DNA of 63,914 bases, counting the filler, from Acidimicrobiia bacterium (GTDB taxonomy: Bacteria > Actinomycetota > Acidimicrobiia > Spongiisociales > JAENVV01), in assembly GCA_041577335.1 (NCBI GenBank). It is 3 parts of 3 records of this genome, joined end to end, with 100 filler letters (N's around TTAATTAATTAA, not from the genome) between each part and the next. Parts side by side here need not be neighbours in the genome. Positions count along the whole stretch, not along the records: positions 1 to 21,296 come from JBFGJH010000059.1; positions 21,397 to 42,641 come from JBFGJH010000060.1; 1 more part is not named here. One strand, 5' to 3'. The notes below the pieces were generated by a model, which saw nothing but the letters and a program-made list of their open reading frames with translations, was not told the origin of the DNA and did not search any database. Below are positions 17,980 to 28,011 of this stretch, piece after piece. Each line of letters opens with the position of its first letter. Within the stretch, counting starts at the first letter, position 1. The position numbers and the translations under genes are program-made.

Positions 17980-19482
17980 ATGTCAAACACTTTTGCCCAG
18001 TTGGGGATTCCCAACGAGCTCGTCCGCTCTCTTGCGGACCGCGATATCACCGAGCCCTTTCCCGTCCAGGCCGCCACCATCCCCGATGCCCTCGCGGGCC
18101 GAGACGTATCCGGGAAAGCCCCGACGGGCTCAGGCAAGACTCTCGCCTTTGGGCTTCCGCTGTTGACCAGCGTCGAAAAAGGAACCCGCGGCAAACCTCG
18201 GGCGCTCATTCTGGCGCCAACAAGAGAGCTCGCCGAACAAATCAAACAAGAGTTGATGCCGCTCGCCCGGGCCAGTCGCCGGTTCGTGCTCGCCGTGTAC
18301 GGCGGGGTTGGATACGGCCCCCAAAAGGGCGCCCTCCGCAAGGGCGTTGACATTCTCGTGGCGACTCCCGGCCGCTTGGAAGACTTGATGGAACAAGGCG
18401 CCGTTGATTTGAGCGACGTCAACATCGCCGTAGTCGATGAGGCCGATCGTATGGCAGACATGGGATTCCTTCCCGCAGTCCGCAGGATTCTCGACCGCAC
18501 CTCTCGGCAACGTCAGACCTTGCTCTTCTCGGCCACGCTCGACGGCGATATTGCCGTGCTCAGCCGTGACTATCAGACCAATCCAGTACGCCACGAAGCG
18601 GCAGCAGTCGAGTCAGAAACGATCGATGCCCGTCATCACTTCTGGCTGGTGGAAGCCCACCACCGAGTGCAGCACACGGCCGACCTCATCGAAGACTCCG
18701 GCCGTTCCATTGTTTTCACCCGGACCCGTCGCGGCGCAGACCGTCTCGCCAAACAGCTCAACGCCATGGGAGTTGAATCGGTGGCGATGCATGGTGGACG
18801 CTCCCAGAGCCAGCGCAATCGTGCACTGAAGGCGTTTGCGTCCGGCAGAGCGCTGGCACTGATTGCCACCGACGTCGCCGCTCGTGGCATCCACATCGAG
18901 GCGGTGGAATCGGTGATCCACTACGACCCACCCGCCGACCACAAGGACTACCTGCACCGGTCGGGACGCACAGCTCGAGCCGGCGCCACCGGCACGGTCG
19001 TGAGCCTGGTGACCGGAGACCAGAAACATGCCGTCCGTCGTCTTCAGCGAGATCTCGACATGAAGGCCCCCATCGAATCTCCTCAGATTCAGTCGATTGG
19101 CGAAGGGGGGCACAGGCTCGGCGACCCCAGCCCAACCCGCTCGCCACGCCCAGACCCGTCATCGCGACCGGCCCGCGAAACCACCACTCACGGCCGACGT
19201 GCCAAGGGTCGGGAACGGAAAGCCGCGGCGCATAGCGTGTACGTGGCCAACCTGCCTTGGGAGGCGACGGACGACGAACTCGAGACACTGTTCGCTCGCT
19301 ATGGCGATGTCCACCAAACCACGATCATCATCGACCGAAAGACCGGCCGCTCCCGCGGATTCGGCTTCGTCGACATGCCCGAATCAGCGGCCGAAACGGC
19401 CGTCAAGGCGCTCAATGGGTCGACCTTCGATGGTCGCGACCTCACGGTCCGCATCGCCCGCCCGCGGCGCCAATACAACTGA
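17980..19482 (+). CDS. DEAD-box RNA helicase with C-terminal canonical RRM
   Basis: Q motif PFPVQ, APTGSGKT, PTRELA, TPGR, DEAD, SAT, ARGIH, HRSGRTAR; RRM VYVANL and RGFGFVDM; RBS AGGAGA. Confidence 0.93.
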   Translation: MSNTFAQLGIPNELVRSLADRDITEPFPVQAATIPDALAGRDVSGKAPTGSGKTLAFGLPLLTSVEKGTRGKPRALILAPTRELAEQIKQELMPLARASRRFVLAVYGGVGYGPQKGALRKGVDILVATPGRLEDLMEQGAVDLSDVNIAVVDEADRMADMGFLPAVRRILDRTSRQRQTLLFSATLDGDIAVLSRDYQTNPVRHEAAAVESETIDARHHFWLVEAHHRVQHTADLIEDSGRSIVFTRTRRGADRLAKQLNAMGVESVAMHGGRSQSQRNRALKAFASGRALALIATDVAARGIHIEAVESVIHYDPPADHKDYLHRSGRTARAGATGTVVSLVTGDQKHAVRRLQRDLDMKAPIESPQIQSIGEGGHRLGDPSPTRSPRPDPSSRPARETTTHGRRAKGRERKAAAHSVYVANLPWEATDDELETLFARYGDVHQTTIIIDRKTGRSRGFGFVDMPESAAETAVKALNGSTFDGRDLTVRIARPRRQYN

Positions 19483-19538
19483 ACACAACCAGCTCGCCCG
19501 ACGCTTGTCGGGCAAGACGAATGAAAGGAGTGCCACCG

Positions 19539-19757
19539 ATGGCACCAACTACCTCGCGCGACGATCGCGCCAGAAACATCAACGACCTCCGCCACGGACA
19601 GACCTACCGAGCACGGACCCGACGCGGGTTCGCGGTCGGCGAGTACCTCGGGGTGGAGACTCCCTACGGAGATTGGGCCATCCTGCTCAGAGATGGCTCC
19701 AAGACGTGCTCCATCGCCCTGCGCGACGTGCTCTCGATAGAGCCGGCCGCCGCCTGA
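19539..19757 (+). CDS. 72-aa hypothetical protein, possible Sm/SH3-like barrel
   Basis: RBS GAAAGGAG; GC-rich third codon positions; beta-strand patterning. Confidence 0.7.
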   Translation: MAPTTSRDDRARNINDLRHGQTYRARTRRGFAVGEYLGVETPYGDWAILLRDGSKTCSIALRDVLSIEPAAA

Positions 19758-19843
19758 GCGCCCCAACCTCATCGGCCAGATCGTGACATCCGGCCCTGGC
19801 ATGACGCACCCCGGCGGGCGGACAATGGCCTTGAAAGGGGTGC

Positions 19844-20671
19844 GTGATGAGAAGATCACTGATCGCACTGGCGGCTCTTGCCCTCGTTCTCTCTGCTTGT
19901 GGAACGACCGCAATCGAGACCACCACGACTGAAACGACAATTGTCGAACCAACGCCTATCGAGACGACTGCCCCTCCGATTACGAGTGCGCCGGTGACGA
20001 GCCTCGTCGAGGCGCCCGCACCAATCCCCACCGCACCCGACCCGGTCGACCTCGCCGTGCGGAGCATCACGGTGGGCGGCATGGGTTCCGAGTACGCCGA
20101 GCCGGTGCGGTGCATCATCGATATCGGTGTGAGCAGTCGGCGTGACACGGTTGGGGCGTCCGGGGCGGCTGCTGCTTCGTCGGCGGCCGCGCTGACAGAC
20201 GCTCTCCTGGCGGCCGGAGTGCTCCCCGAGGACATCCAGACGTCGGAATTCTCGGTGTACCCATTCCATGACGACTGGCCGGAGATCAGTGGGTATGAAA
20301 CCCACATCGGCTACCGGGTTGCCATGCCGAACGTCGCCGAAGTCGGCACAGCGCTGGCGTCAGCAATGAACGCGGGCGGCGACGACGTCCGTGCGTGGGG
20401 CGTGCGCTTCGAGGCCGATCCGACGGGTCTGATCGACACGGCCCGAGCGGCCGCCTGGGCCGACGTGACGAGCCGCGCAGAGGCACTCGCCGGCTTGGCC
20501 GGTGAGCCGCTCGGCGAGATGCTCGACGCCCACGAGAAGGTCCTCGTGTCGACAACCCAGGGGATGTACCAAGGAGGCGAGGGTGACTCAGCCACTTTCG
20601 ACATCCCGGTCTCGCCCGGAGTATCAGGCGTCGTGGTGTTGCTGACCGTGACTTTTGCAATCGGCGAGTAG
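19844..20671 (+). CDS. SIMPL (DUF541) domain lipoprotein
   Basis: Lipobox LSAC; ITVGGMG, DIQTSEFSVYP, RAEALAGLAG, VTFAI. Confidence 0.8.
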   Translation: MMRRSLIALAALALVLSACGTTAIETTTTETTIVEPTPIETTAPPITSAPVTSLVEAPAPIPTAPDPVDLAVRSITVGGMGSEYAEPVRCIIDIGVSSRRDTVGASGAAAASSAAALTDALLAAGVLPEDIQTSEFSVYPFHDDWPEISGYETHIGYRVAMPNVAEVGTALASAMNAGGDDVRAWGVRFEADPTGLIDTARAAAWADVTSRAEALAGLAGEPLGEMLDAHEKVLVSTTQGMYQGGEGDSATFDIPVSPGVSGVVVLLTVTFAIGE

Positions 20672-20682
20672 GTGCATCTCGC

Positions 20683-21296
20683 TCAGATGGAAATGCCGGC
20701 TACCTTGGTCTCGAGGTAGTCGGCGAGACCCTCGTGGCCTCCCTCGCGCCCAAGGCCGCTGTTCTTCATACCGCCGAATGGCACCGCAGCCGCGGTTGGG
20801 TTGATGTCGTTGATCCCCACGATGCCGAACTGGAGGGCTTCGGCCATGCGCAGCGCTCTCCCCACATCCCTGGTGTAGACGTAGGAGGCGAGTCCGTAGG
20901 CGGTGTCGTTGGCCATCGCGAGCACTTCGTCCTCGGTGTCGAATGGGATGACCGCCGCCACCGGGCCGAAGGTCTCCTCCCGGTAGATGATCATGTCCTC
21001 GTTCACACCCGTCAGGATCGTGGGTGCGTAGAACCAACCTGCGTCTAGGCCGTCGGCGGTGAGCCGGGATCCTCCGGCAACGAGCGTTGCGCCCTTCGCC
21101 ACCGCGTCATCGACCTGGCGATGAACCTTGGTCAGCGAGGGCTCGTCAACAAGCGGGCCGATGCTGACCCCTTCTTCGAAACCGCTGCCGGCCTGCATCT
21201 TGCCGACCCGTTCCGCCAGCGCAGCCACGAACTCGTCGACGATGCCGCGCTGCACGTACATGCGGTTGGGGCTGATGCAGGCCTGGCCGGTATTGA
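20683..21296 (-). CDS. gabD: NAD(P)-dependent succinate-semialdehyde dehydrogenase, 3' part cut by the contig end
   Basis: NTGQAC catalytic Cys, EETFGP, PFGGMKNSGLGREG. Confidence 0.8.
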
Positions 21297-21396
21297 NNNN
21301 NNNNNNNNNNNNNNNNNNNNNNNNNNNNNNNNNNNNNNNNTTAATTAATTAANNNNNNNNNNNNNNNNNNNNNNNNNNNNNNNNNNNNNNNNNNNN
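21297..21396. other. Artificial contig-joining linker
   Basis: 44 N + TTAATTAATTAA + 44 N. Confidence 0.98.
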
Positions 21397-21507
21397 CCTG
21401 CGGGAGGAAACTGGGAACTCACGTCGTTGCCCTCGGCTCCTCCTGCCCCCGGCAGAACGCTGCGCGTTCTCGCCCATACGTCGGCTTCGCCTCCTGGGGG
21501 AGGAGAT
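21397..21507. repeat. Partial copy of the hairpin-rich intergenic repeat
   Basis: 21478-21507 identical to 36621-36650; also shares CTCACGTCGT and the AGAACGC/GCGTTCT hairpin. Confidence 0.8.
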
Positions 21508-21520
21508 AGTGTTGGCCGCT

Positions 21521-22711
21521 ATGAACACTGAGTTTCTGGAACGGTTGGCAGGGCGGACCGATGAGCTGGTTTTGGAGGGGCTCTTCAAGGCTGAGCGAGT
21601 GATTGCTTCGCCGCAGGACGCGGTGATCACGCTTGAAGACGGCTCGGAGGTCATCAACCTCTGCGCCAACAACTATTTGGGGCTTGCCAACGACAACCAG
21701 CTCAAAGAGGCGGCGGTCGATGCCATAGCCCGTTATGGCTACGGGATGGCATCGGTCCGATTCATCTGCGGCACCCAGACCATTCACCGAGAGCTGGAGC
21801 AGGCGATCAGCGGGTTTCTCCAGACCGAAGACACCGTTCTGTACTCGTCGTGTTTCGACGCCAACGGAGGCCTCTTCGAAACGCTTCTCGGTGAAGAGGA
21901 CGCCATCATCTCGGACTCGCTCAACCACGCTTCGATCATCGATGGTGTCCGGCTGTCCAAGGCACAGCGCTTTCGCTATGCCAACAACGACATGGACGAC
22001 CTCGCTCGGCAGCTGGAAGCAGCCAAGAACGCTCGCTACAAGATGATTGCCACCGACGGGGTGTTTTCGATGGACGGCATCGTCGCCAACCTGCCGGCTA
22101 TCTGCGACCTCGCCGACGAGCACGATGCCCTCGTCATGGTGGATGACTCCCACGCCGTGGGATTCATCGGTGAGCACGGTGGCGGGACCCCCGACTACTG
22201 GGGTGTCACCGACCGGGTCGACATCAACACCGGCACACTCGGCAAGGCGCTGGGCGGTGCCTCGGGCGGCTACACGTCGGGTCGCAAGGAGATCGTGGCG
22301 TGGCTGCGGCAGCGGTCCCGGCCCTATCTCTTTTCCAACAGCCTGGCGCCCGTGATCGCCGCCACCACACTCAAGGTCGTCGACATGCTCCAACAATCAG
22401 GCGACCTCCGAGACAAGCTGCGGGACAACGCTTCCTACTTCCGAGCCGGCATGGAAGCAGCTGGATTCAGCCTGGCAGGCGCGGAGCATCCCATCATTCC
22501 CGTCATGCTGGGAGACGCCAAAGTGGCAACAGAGATGGCCAACCGGCTTCTCGAAGAAGGCATCTACGTCATCGGGTTCTCGTTCCCAGTCGTCCCCCAG
22601 GGCCAAGCCCGCATCCGGACCCAGATGTCCGCGGCCCATCAACGAGATCATCTCGACCGGGCGATCGCAGCGTTCACCGACGTGGGCCGCGAGATGGGGG
22701 TTACCGGATGA
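21521..22711 (+). CDS. kbl: Glycine C-acetyltransferase (2-amino-3-ketobutyrate CoA ligase)
   Basis: [44 protein letters not shown]. Confidence 0.95.
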   Translation: MNTEFLERLAGRTDELVLEGLFKAERVIASPQDAVITLEDGSEVINLCANNYLGLANDNQLKEAAVDAIARYGYGMASVRFICGTQTIHRELEQAISGFLQTEDTVLYSSCFDANGGLFETLLGEEDAIISDSLNHASIIDGVRLSKAQRFRYANNDMDDLARQLEAAKNARYKMIATDGVFSMDGIVANLPAICDLADEHDALVMVDDSHAVGFIGEHGGGTPDYWGVTDRVDINTGTLGKALGGASGGYTSGRKEIVAWLRQRSRPYLFSNSLAPVIAATTLKVVDMLQQSGDLRDKLRDNASYFRAGMEAAGFSLAGAEHPIIPVMLGDAKVATEMANRLLEEGIYVIGFSFPVVPQGQARIRTQMSAAHQRDHLDRAIAAFTDVGREMGVTG

Positions 22712-23739
22712 GGGCCCTCGTCAAGGCCGAGCCTGAACCGGGCCTGTGGCTCGAGGACATCCCCGAGCCCGACGTCGGGCCAAATGACGTGCTGATCAAG
22801 GTGCGCAAAGCGTCGATCTGCGGAACCGACGTCCACATCATGGAATGGGACGACTGGGCGAAACACACCATCCCGGTGCCCATGGCGATCGGCCACGAAT
22901 ACATGGGGACGGTGGCGGCGCTCGGCACCGAAGTTGAGGGCCTCGAGGTTGGCCAGCGCGTCTCTGGCGAGGGACACATCACCTGCGGTCGGTGCCGCAA
23001 CTGCCAGGGCGGCCGCCGGCACTACTGCATCCGAACCGTCGGAGTGGGGGTCAACCGGCCGGGTGCCTTTGCCGACTTCGTGGCCATCCCCGGCGGCAAT
23101 GTCCAGGTGATTCCCGACGACATCTCAGACGACATTGCGTCGATCCTCGATCCGCTCGGCAACGCCACTCACACCGCGCTGAGCTTCGACTTGGTTGGCG
23201 AGGACGTGCTCATCACCGGCGCAGGGCCTATCGGCATGATGTCGGTGGCAATCGCGCGCCACGTGGGTGCTCGTTTTGTGGTCGTCACGGACATCAATGA
23301 CTACCGCCTCGCCATCGCCGCCACCATGGGAGCGGACCGGGTGGTCAACGTGACCACAGACAACGTTTCCGACACGATGACGGTGCTGGGCATGGCCGAA
23401 GGCTTCGACGTTGGCTTGGAGATGTCGGGCGTGCCGTCGGCACTCCACGAGATGATCAGCACCATGAACAACGGCGGCAACATAGCTCTACTGGGTATCC
23501 CCGAGGCCGACGCGCCAACGCCCATCGATTGGACCGATGTGATCTTCAAAGGGCTCACTCTCAACGGCATCTACGGTCGCAAGATGTTCGAGACGTGGTA
23601 CAAAATGCTGGCGATGCTCCAAACCGGGCTCGACGTGAGCCCGGTGATCACTCACCACTTCGCGGTCGAGGACTACGTAGAGGCTTTCGCAACAGTCCGC
23701 TCCGGCGAAGCCGGGAAGGTCATCCTCGACTGGGACTGA
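22708..23739 (+). CDS. tdh: L-threonine 3-dehydrogenase
   Basis: [40 protein letters not shown] overlap with kbl. Confidence 0.95.
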   Translation: MRALVKAEPEPGLWLEDIPEPDVGPNDVLIKVRKASICGTDVHIMEWDDWAKHTIPVPMAIGHEYMGTVAALGTEVEGLEVGQRVSGEGHITCGRCRNCQGGRRHYCIRTVGVGVNRPGAFADFVAIPGGNVQVIPDDISDDIASILDPLGNATHTALSFDLVGEDVLITGAGPIGMMSVAIARHVGARFVVVTDINDYRLAIAATMGADRVVNVTTDNVSDTMTVLGMAEGFDVGLEMSGVPSALHEMISTMNNGGNIALLGIPEADAPTPIDWTDVIFKGLTLNGIYGRKMFETWYKMLAMLQTGLDVSPVITHHFAVEDYVEAFATVRSGEAGKVILDWD

Positions 23740-23744
23740 TGCGG

Positions 23745-24740
23745 CTACGCGCAGATGGGGTTCTCGGCGTTGGCCGCCCAGCGAGCTTGTTCGAAGACCG
23801 GGCCTTCGTTCGATCCGGCGATGATCCGCCGGCGAGCTTCCTCCCAGAGTCGCGCATATTCCTCGGGATCGTGCAGCTCTGAGTCGGGATTGCTCCGGGA
23901 TCTCGCAACCCACGCCGGAAACGCCGGCCGGCCGGTCGGTTGGCCGATCGGCTGATAGCGGAGATCGAAGCTCCAGCGGAGGCGATCCGAGGTGTTGTCG
24001 AGGGCGCCATGTTCCGTCCATTTCGAAAGAAGGACGAGCGACCCCGCCGTGGCGGGAAGCGGAACGGCCGGACGCCCCTCCAAGAGTGCGGCCGGGATGT
24101 AGTTCTCGCCCTCGACCTTCACACCCGGGCAGTGCAGCGTTAGCTCCCCGCTTTCGTGAGACCGGGGAATGACGACCAGGCACCCCATCTCCGGGGAGGC
24201 ATCGGTGATGGCGATCCACACCGTCAGCATGTCGGTATCGGCAGCGTCGTCCATCACCGCTCCAAAGTCTTGATGCCAGGTCGTCGAGCCGACGTTGGAG
24301 TACCCGGCCATGGCCCCTTGCAGCGCCTCGATCGGCGGCTTGATGCGTGCTTGCTGGACGGGATTGGAGAGAATCTCCGGGCCGATGATCGACTCGACGA
24401 TGTCGAGGACCTTGCGGTGGCGGAGCAGCTTGAAAAGCTCGGGACCTGTGTGAGCGCGGCACGTGTTCTCATCGGTGGGCCCGTTGCTGAGGGGCAAGGA
24501 GATTCCCAGGTAGCGATACACGTCGGGGCACTCGGTGACAATGGCGATGTAGCGCTCGGCAAATGACATGCCTGGGTATTTGTATTTGAGGAGACCCTGA
24601 GCGTGGAGGTCGCTTGCCGCACGATCGAGCGCTGTCTCATACTCGGCGACAACCGGATGGAGGTCCCCGGCGTCCAGCACGTCGGGCACGAGGAGGTATC
24701 CCTCAGCCTCGAAGAAAGCGACTTGGGCCTCGGTGAGCAT
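23745..24740 (-). CDS. Phytanoyl-CoA dioxygenase (PhyH) family Fe/2OG enzyme
   Basis: WHQD, TVWIAITDA, GCLVVIPRSH, H...NTSDRLRWSFDLRY. Confidence 0.88.
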   Translation of the reverse strand: MLTEAQVAFFEAEGYLLVPDVLDAGDLHPVVAEYETALDRAASDLHAQGLLKYKYPGMSFAERYIAIVTECPDVYRYLGISLPLSNGPTDENTCRAHTGPELFKLLRHRKVLDIVESIIGPEILSNPVQQARIKPPIEALQGAMAGYSNVGSTTWHQDFGAVMDDAADTDMLTVWIAITDASPEMGCLVVIPRSHESGELTLHCPGVKVEGENYIPAALLEGRPAVPLPATAGSLVLLSKWTEHGALDNTSDRLRWSFDLRYQPIGQPTGRPAFPAWVARSRSNPDSELHDPEEYARLWEEARRRIIAGSNEGPVFEQARWAANAENPICA

Positions 24741-25126
24741 GTGGCAATTTACCGTTTCACGCTCGACCTGGGAGGCGATTGTGTGGGGTACAGCGGACTT
24801 GACTCCCGGCCAGGCCGCGACTGGTGGATGACGACGAGAACGGGGACGCCGTACGGCTCCTCTGATCGGCACGCAGCGAAGAGCAGGCTGTGCTCGAAGA
24901 GCGATTCAATCAAGCCAAACGTCGGTTCACCGATTTCCCGAATGACGACGACGACGGGCCTTAGAACGGCGACACCGTGACGAGCCAATACTGGTGGGCC
25001 CGGCGCAGGTCGTCGACCAGATCCGGGAGGCCGAGGTCGGAGGTTGTGGTCGCAACCAGCGGCCGAGATAGCTAGCTTCTCCGCAGGCAGTTCTAACCAA
25101 TTGCCGTCTAGAAGGAGGTCTACCCT

Positions 25127-26857
25127 TTGACTACTACCAAACGATTGATCGCGATTCTCTTCGCGCTCATGCTCGTCCTTGCCGCATGCGGCACGAGCGA
25201 TAGCGACGGAGATACAGAAACAACGGAAGCGCCGGCGGAGACGGAAGCGCCTGCGGATACCGAGGCGCCGGCAGCTACCGAAGCCCCACCAGCAACCGAA
25301 GCGATGGCCGACTTCGAGGGCCTCGTCCTCGACGCAGGCGGCTGTGACTACGGCGGCCGCGTCGAGTCCATCACGGCTACAGACGAGATGACGGTCGTCT
25401 TCGACCTGTGCGGGCCTCATCCGGCCTTCTTGGCACAGATCGCATTCGGCGTCTTCGGCATCCAGCCAGAAGAGCATCTCGAAGCAACCGGCGGATCCCC
25501 GCTGGACAACCCCATCGGCACCGGCCCCTACAGCCTGGACCAGTGGGTGCGTGGTGACTCGGTTGTCTACAAGGCCAACCCTGACTACTACGGCCAGGTT
25601 CCTGCGCACGAGACCGCTGTGCTGAAGTGGGCGACGGAAAGCGCCGGGCGTCTGCTCGAGCTGCAATCCGGCAACGCCGACGGCATGACGTTCCCGGCTC
25701 CCGAGGACTATGCAACGATTGAGGGCGACCCCAATCTGGTGCTCATCGACAAGCCAGAGCCCAACGTGTTCTACATGGGCTTCACCAACACCTTCGCACC
25801 GTGGGACGACCCGCTGGTGCGCCAAGCTGTTGCGCTTGGGATCGATCGGCAACGCATCATCGACACGTTCTACCCACCGGGCTCCGAGACGGCATCGCAC
25901 TTCACGCCTTGCTCTGTCGAGAACGGCTGCGAAGGCGACTCGTGGTACGACTTCGACGTCGAAGCTGCCCAGGCGCTCCTGGCCGAGGCCGGCTTCCCCG
26001 ATGGGTTCGACACGAGCATCTACTACCGGGACGTCACCCGCGGCTACCTGCCGACCCCAGGCAACGTCGCCACCGACATCCAGGCACAGCTGGCTGAGAA
26101 CCTCGGCATCAACGCCGAAGTCGTTCCGATCGAATCAGGCGAGTTCATCCAGTCGTCGTCCGCCGGCGAGCTCGATGGCATTCACCTTCTCGGTTGGACC
26201 GGTGACTACCCGCACGTGACGAACTTCTTGGACTTCCACTTCGCGGATACGAACCTCCAGTTCGGTGATCCGTACCCGGAGATCTACGAACCGTTGCAAG
26301 AGGCGTCGCAGCTGGCCGATTCAGCCGCAGCCGCCCCGTTGTACGAGCAAGCCAACAACGCCATCAAGGAACTGGTGCCGATGGTGCCGGTCGCTCATGC
26401 AGGTAGCGCGTTCGTGGCTTCCGCCGCAGCAGAAGGCGCCTACGCCCCACCATGGGGCCAGGTAATGCTGAACTTCTGGGACAACGGCACCGACACGGTG
26501 GTGTTCGTGCAAGGCAACGAGCCGATCTCGTTGTACTGCTCGGATGAGACCGACGGTGAGTCGCTGCGTGCCTGTGCTCAGGTCGTGGAGGCACTGTATT
26601 CGTACACGCAGACCGGCGAAGTGCAGCCGCAGCTGGCCACCGAGTGTGTACCGAACGAAGATCTGTCACTGTGGACCTGCTCGCTCCGTGCCGACGTGCT
26701 GTTCCACGATGGTTCCACGTTCGATGCCAACGATGTCGTCGCCTCGTTTGCCGCAGGATTGGATGCAGCCAACCCGCTGCATACCGGTAACAGCGGTGTG
26801 TTCGAGTACTACGACTATCTCTGGAACGGGCTCATCAACGCACCGGGCGACCAGTAA
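25127..26857 (+). CDS. Family-5 (Dpp/Opp) ABC substrate-binding lipoprotein, circularly permuted
   Basis: Lipobox LAAC, PIGTGPY, VRQAVALGIDR, LLAEAG; the LAT...WTCSLR...FHDG...DV segment is C-terminal; TTG start after AGGAGG. Confidence 0.88.
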   Translation: MTTTKRLIAILFALMLVLAACGTSDSDGDTETTEAPAETEAPADTEAPAATEAPPATEAMADFEGLVLDAGGCDYGGRVESITATDEMTVVFDLCGPHPAFLAQIAFGVFGIQPEEHLEATGGSPLDNPIGTGPYSLDQWVRGDSVVYKANPDYYGQVPAHETAVLKWATESAGRLLELQSGNADGMTFPAPEDYATIEGDPNLVLIDKPEPNVFYMGFTNTFAPWDDPLVRQAVALGIDRQRIIDTFYPPGSETASHFTPCSVENGCEGDSWYDFDVEAAQALLAEAGFPDGFDTSIYYRDVTRGYLPTPGNVATDIQAQLAENLGINAEVVPIESGEFIQSSSAGELDGIHLLGWTGDYPHVTNFLDFHFADTNLQFGDPYPEIYEPLQEASQLADSAAAAPLYEQANNAIKELVPMVPVAHAGSAFVASAAAEGAYAPPWGQVMLNFWDNGTDTVVFVQGNEPISLYCSDETDGESLRACAQVVEALYSYTQTGEVQPQLATECVPNEDLSLWTCSLRADVLFHDGSTFDANDVVASFAAGLDAANPLHTGNSGVFEYYDYLWNGLINAPGDQ

Positions 26858-26883
26858 GCGTCGCACCAGAAGCTGAAAACAAT

Positions 26884-26916
26884 GAGAGGGGGAGACGCAT
26901 GGCGTCTCCCCCTCTC
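26884..26916 (+). terminator. Intra-operon 15-bp perfect stem-loop after the SBP gene
   Basis: GAGAGGGGGAGACGC-ATG-GCGTCTCCCCCTCTC. Confidence 0.75.
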
Positions 26917-26931
26917 GTATTGTGAACCCGC

Positions 26932-28011
26932 ATGCTGAGTTTCATCATTCGAAGAACGCTGCTGGCCATTCCAGTGCTGCTGGGGATCATCATCGTGGTG
27001 TTCTTTCTGATCCGAGCAATCCCCGGCGACCCCTGCACCTCCTTGCTTGGCGAGCGCGCCACCGCCGAAGCATGCGAACGGTTCAACGAAGCCAACGGGC
27101 TCAACGAACCCATCTGGACCCAGCTCGCCATCTACATGAAGAACGTGGTCACGTTCAATCTCGGCGACTCGGTCCGCTTTTCGCGGCCTGTCAACCAGCT
27201 GCTCATCGAGCGCCTCCCGCTGACCATTGAGCTTGCCCTGAGCGCCTTGGTGATCGCGGTGGCGGTGGGTGTTCCGCTGGGAGTGGCGGCGGCGCGTCGG
27301 CACAACACTGCGGTGGACACGGGGACGATGGCGCTCGCCAATATCGGGGTGTCGATGCCCGTCTTCTGGCTTGGCTTGATGCTGGCCTTTGTCTTCGCGC
27401 TGCTGTTGAAAGACACTCCCTTTGCGTTGCCGCCCTCAGGGCGGCTCTCGGCGGGTGTCTTCTCCGAGCCTTACTACGAAGTGTGGGCCTGGGAGCTCCA
27501 GGAGGGCTCTCTCACCTCCAAGTTCCATGAGTTCGCTGCCAACCACTACATCTTGAACACCCTGATCACCCGCCAGTGGGAGGTCTTCAACGACGCCGTG
27601 AAACACATGATCCTGCCGGCGATCGCTCTGGCCACCATTCCCCTCGCCATCATCGCTCGCATCACCCGCAGCTCATTGCTCGAGGTCATGGGTCGCGATT
27701 ACATCCGTACCGCCCGCGCCAAGGGCGCCGGCGAACGGCGGGTCGTCCGCCGGCATGCGCTGCGCAACTCATTGCTGCCCGTTGTCACGATCATCGGGCT
27801 GCAGCTCGGGGCTCTCCTGGGAGGGGCCGTACTCACTGAGACCGTGTTCAACCTCTCGGGCGTAGGGCGGGCGCTCTTCGACGCCATCACCGGGCGCGAC
27901 TACGCAGTCGTGCAGGGATTCACCGTCGTCATTGCCGCTGGTTATGTGATCGTCAACCTCATCGTTGACCTTTCATACGGCTACCTCGATCCTCGGATCC
28001 GAGTCAAATGA
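26932..28011 (+). CDS. Peptide ABC transporter permease (DppB/OppB)
   Basis: IPGDP, DYIRTARAKG, HALRNSLLPV. Confidence 0.93.
   Translation: MLSFIIRRTLLAIPVLLGIIIVVFFLIRAIPGDPCTSLLGERATAEACERFNEANGLNEPIWTQLAIYMKNVVTFNLGDSVRFSRPVNQLLIERLPLTIELALSALVIAVAVGVPLGVAAARRHNTAVDTGTMALANIGVSMPVFWLGLMLAFVFALLLKDTPFALPPSGRLSAGVFSEPYYEVWAWELQEGSLTSKFHEFAANHYILNTLITRQWEVFNDAVKHMILPAIALATIPLAIIARITRSSLLEVMGRDYIRTARAKGAGERRVVRRHALRNSLLPVVTIIGLQLGALLGGAVLTETVFNLSGVGRALFDAITGRDYAVVQGFTVVIAAGYVIVNLIVDLSYGYLDPRIRVK

Noticed and set aside
21341..21352. TTAATTAATTAA palindrome (also 42686-42697) as a biological site
   Set aside because: Embedded symmetrically in N runs; standard contig linker
24750..25100. Possible luciferase-like oxidoreductase remnant (ILVGPAQVVDQIRE) or riboswitch upstream of the SBP
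   Set aside because: Similarity too short, and no recognisable riboswitch consensus
25215..25305. Tandem TEAPA repeats (and APATT repeats at about 38850-38930)
   Set aside because: Ordinary low-complexity lipoprotein linkers
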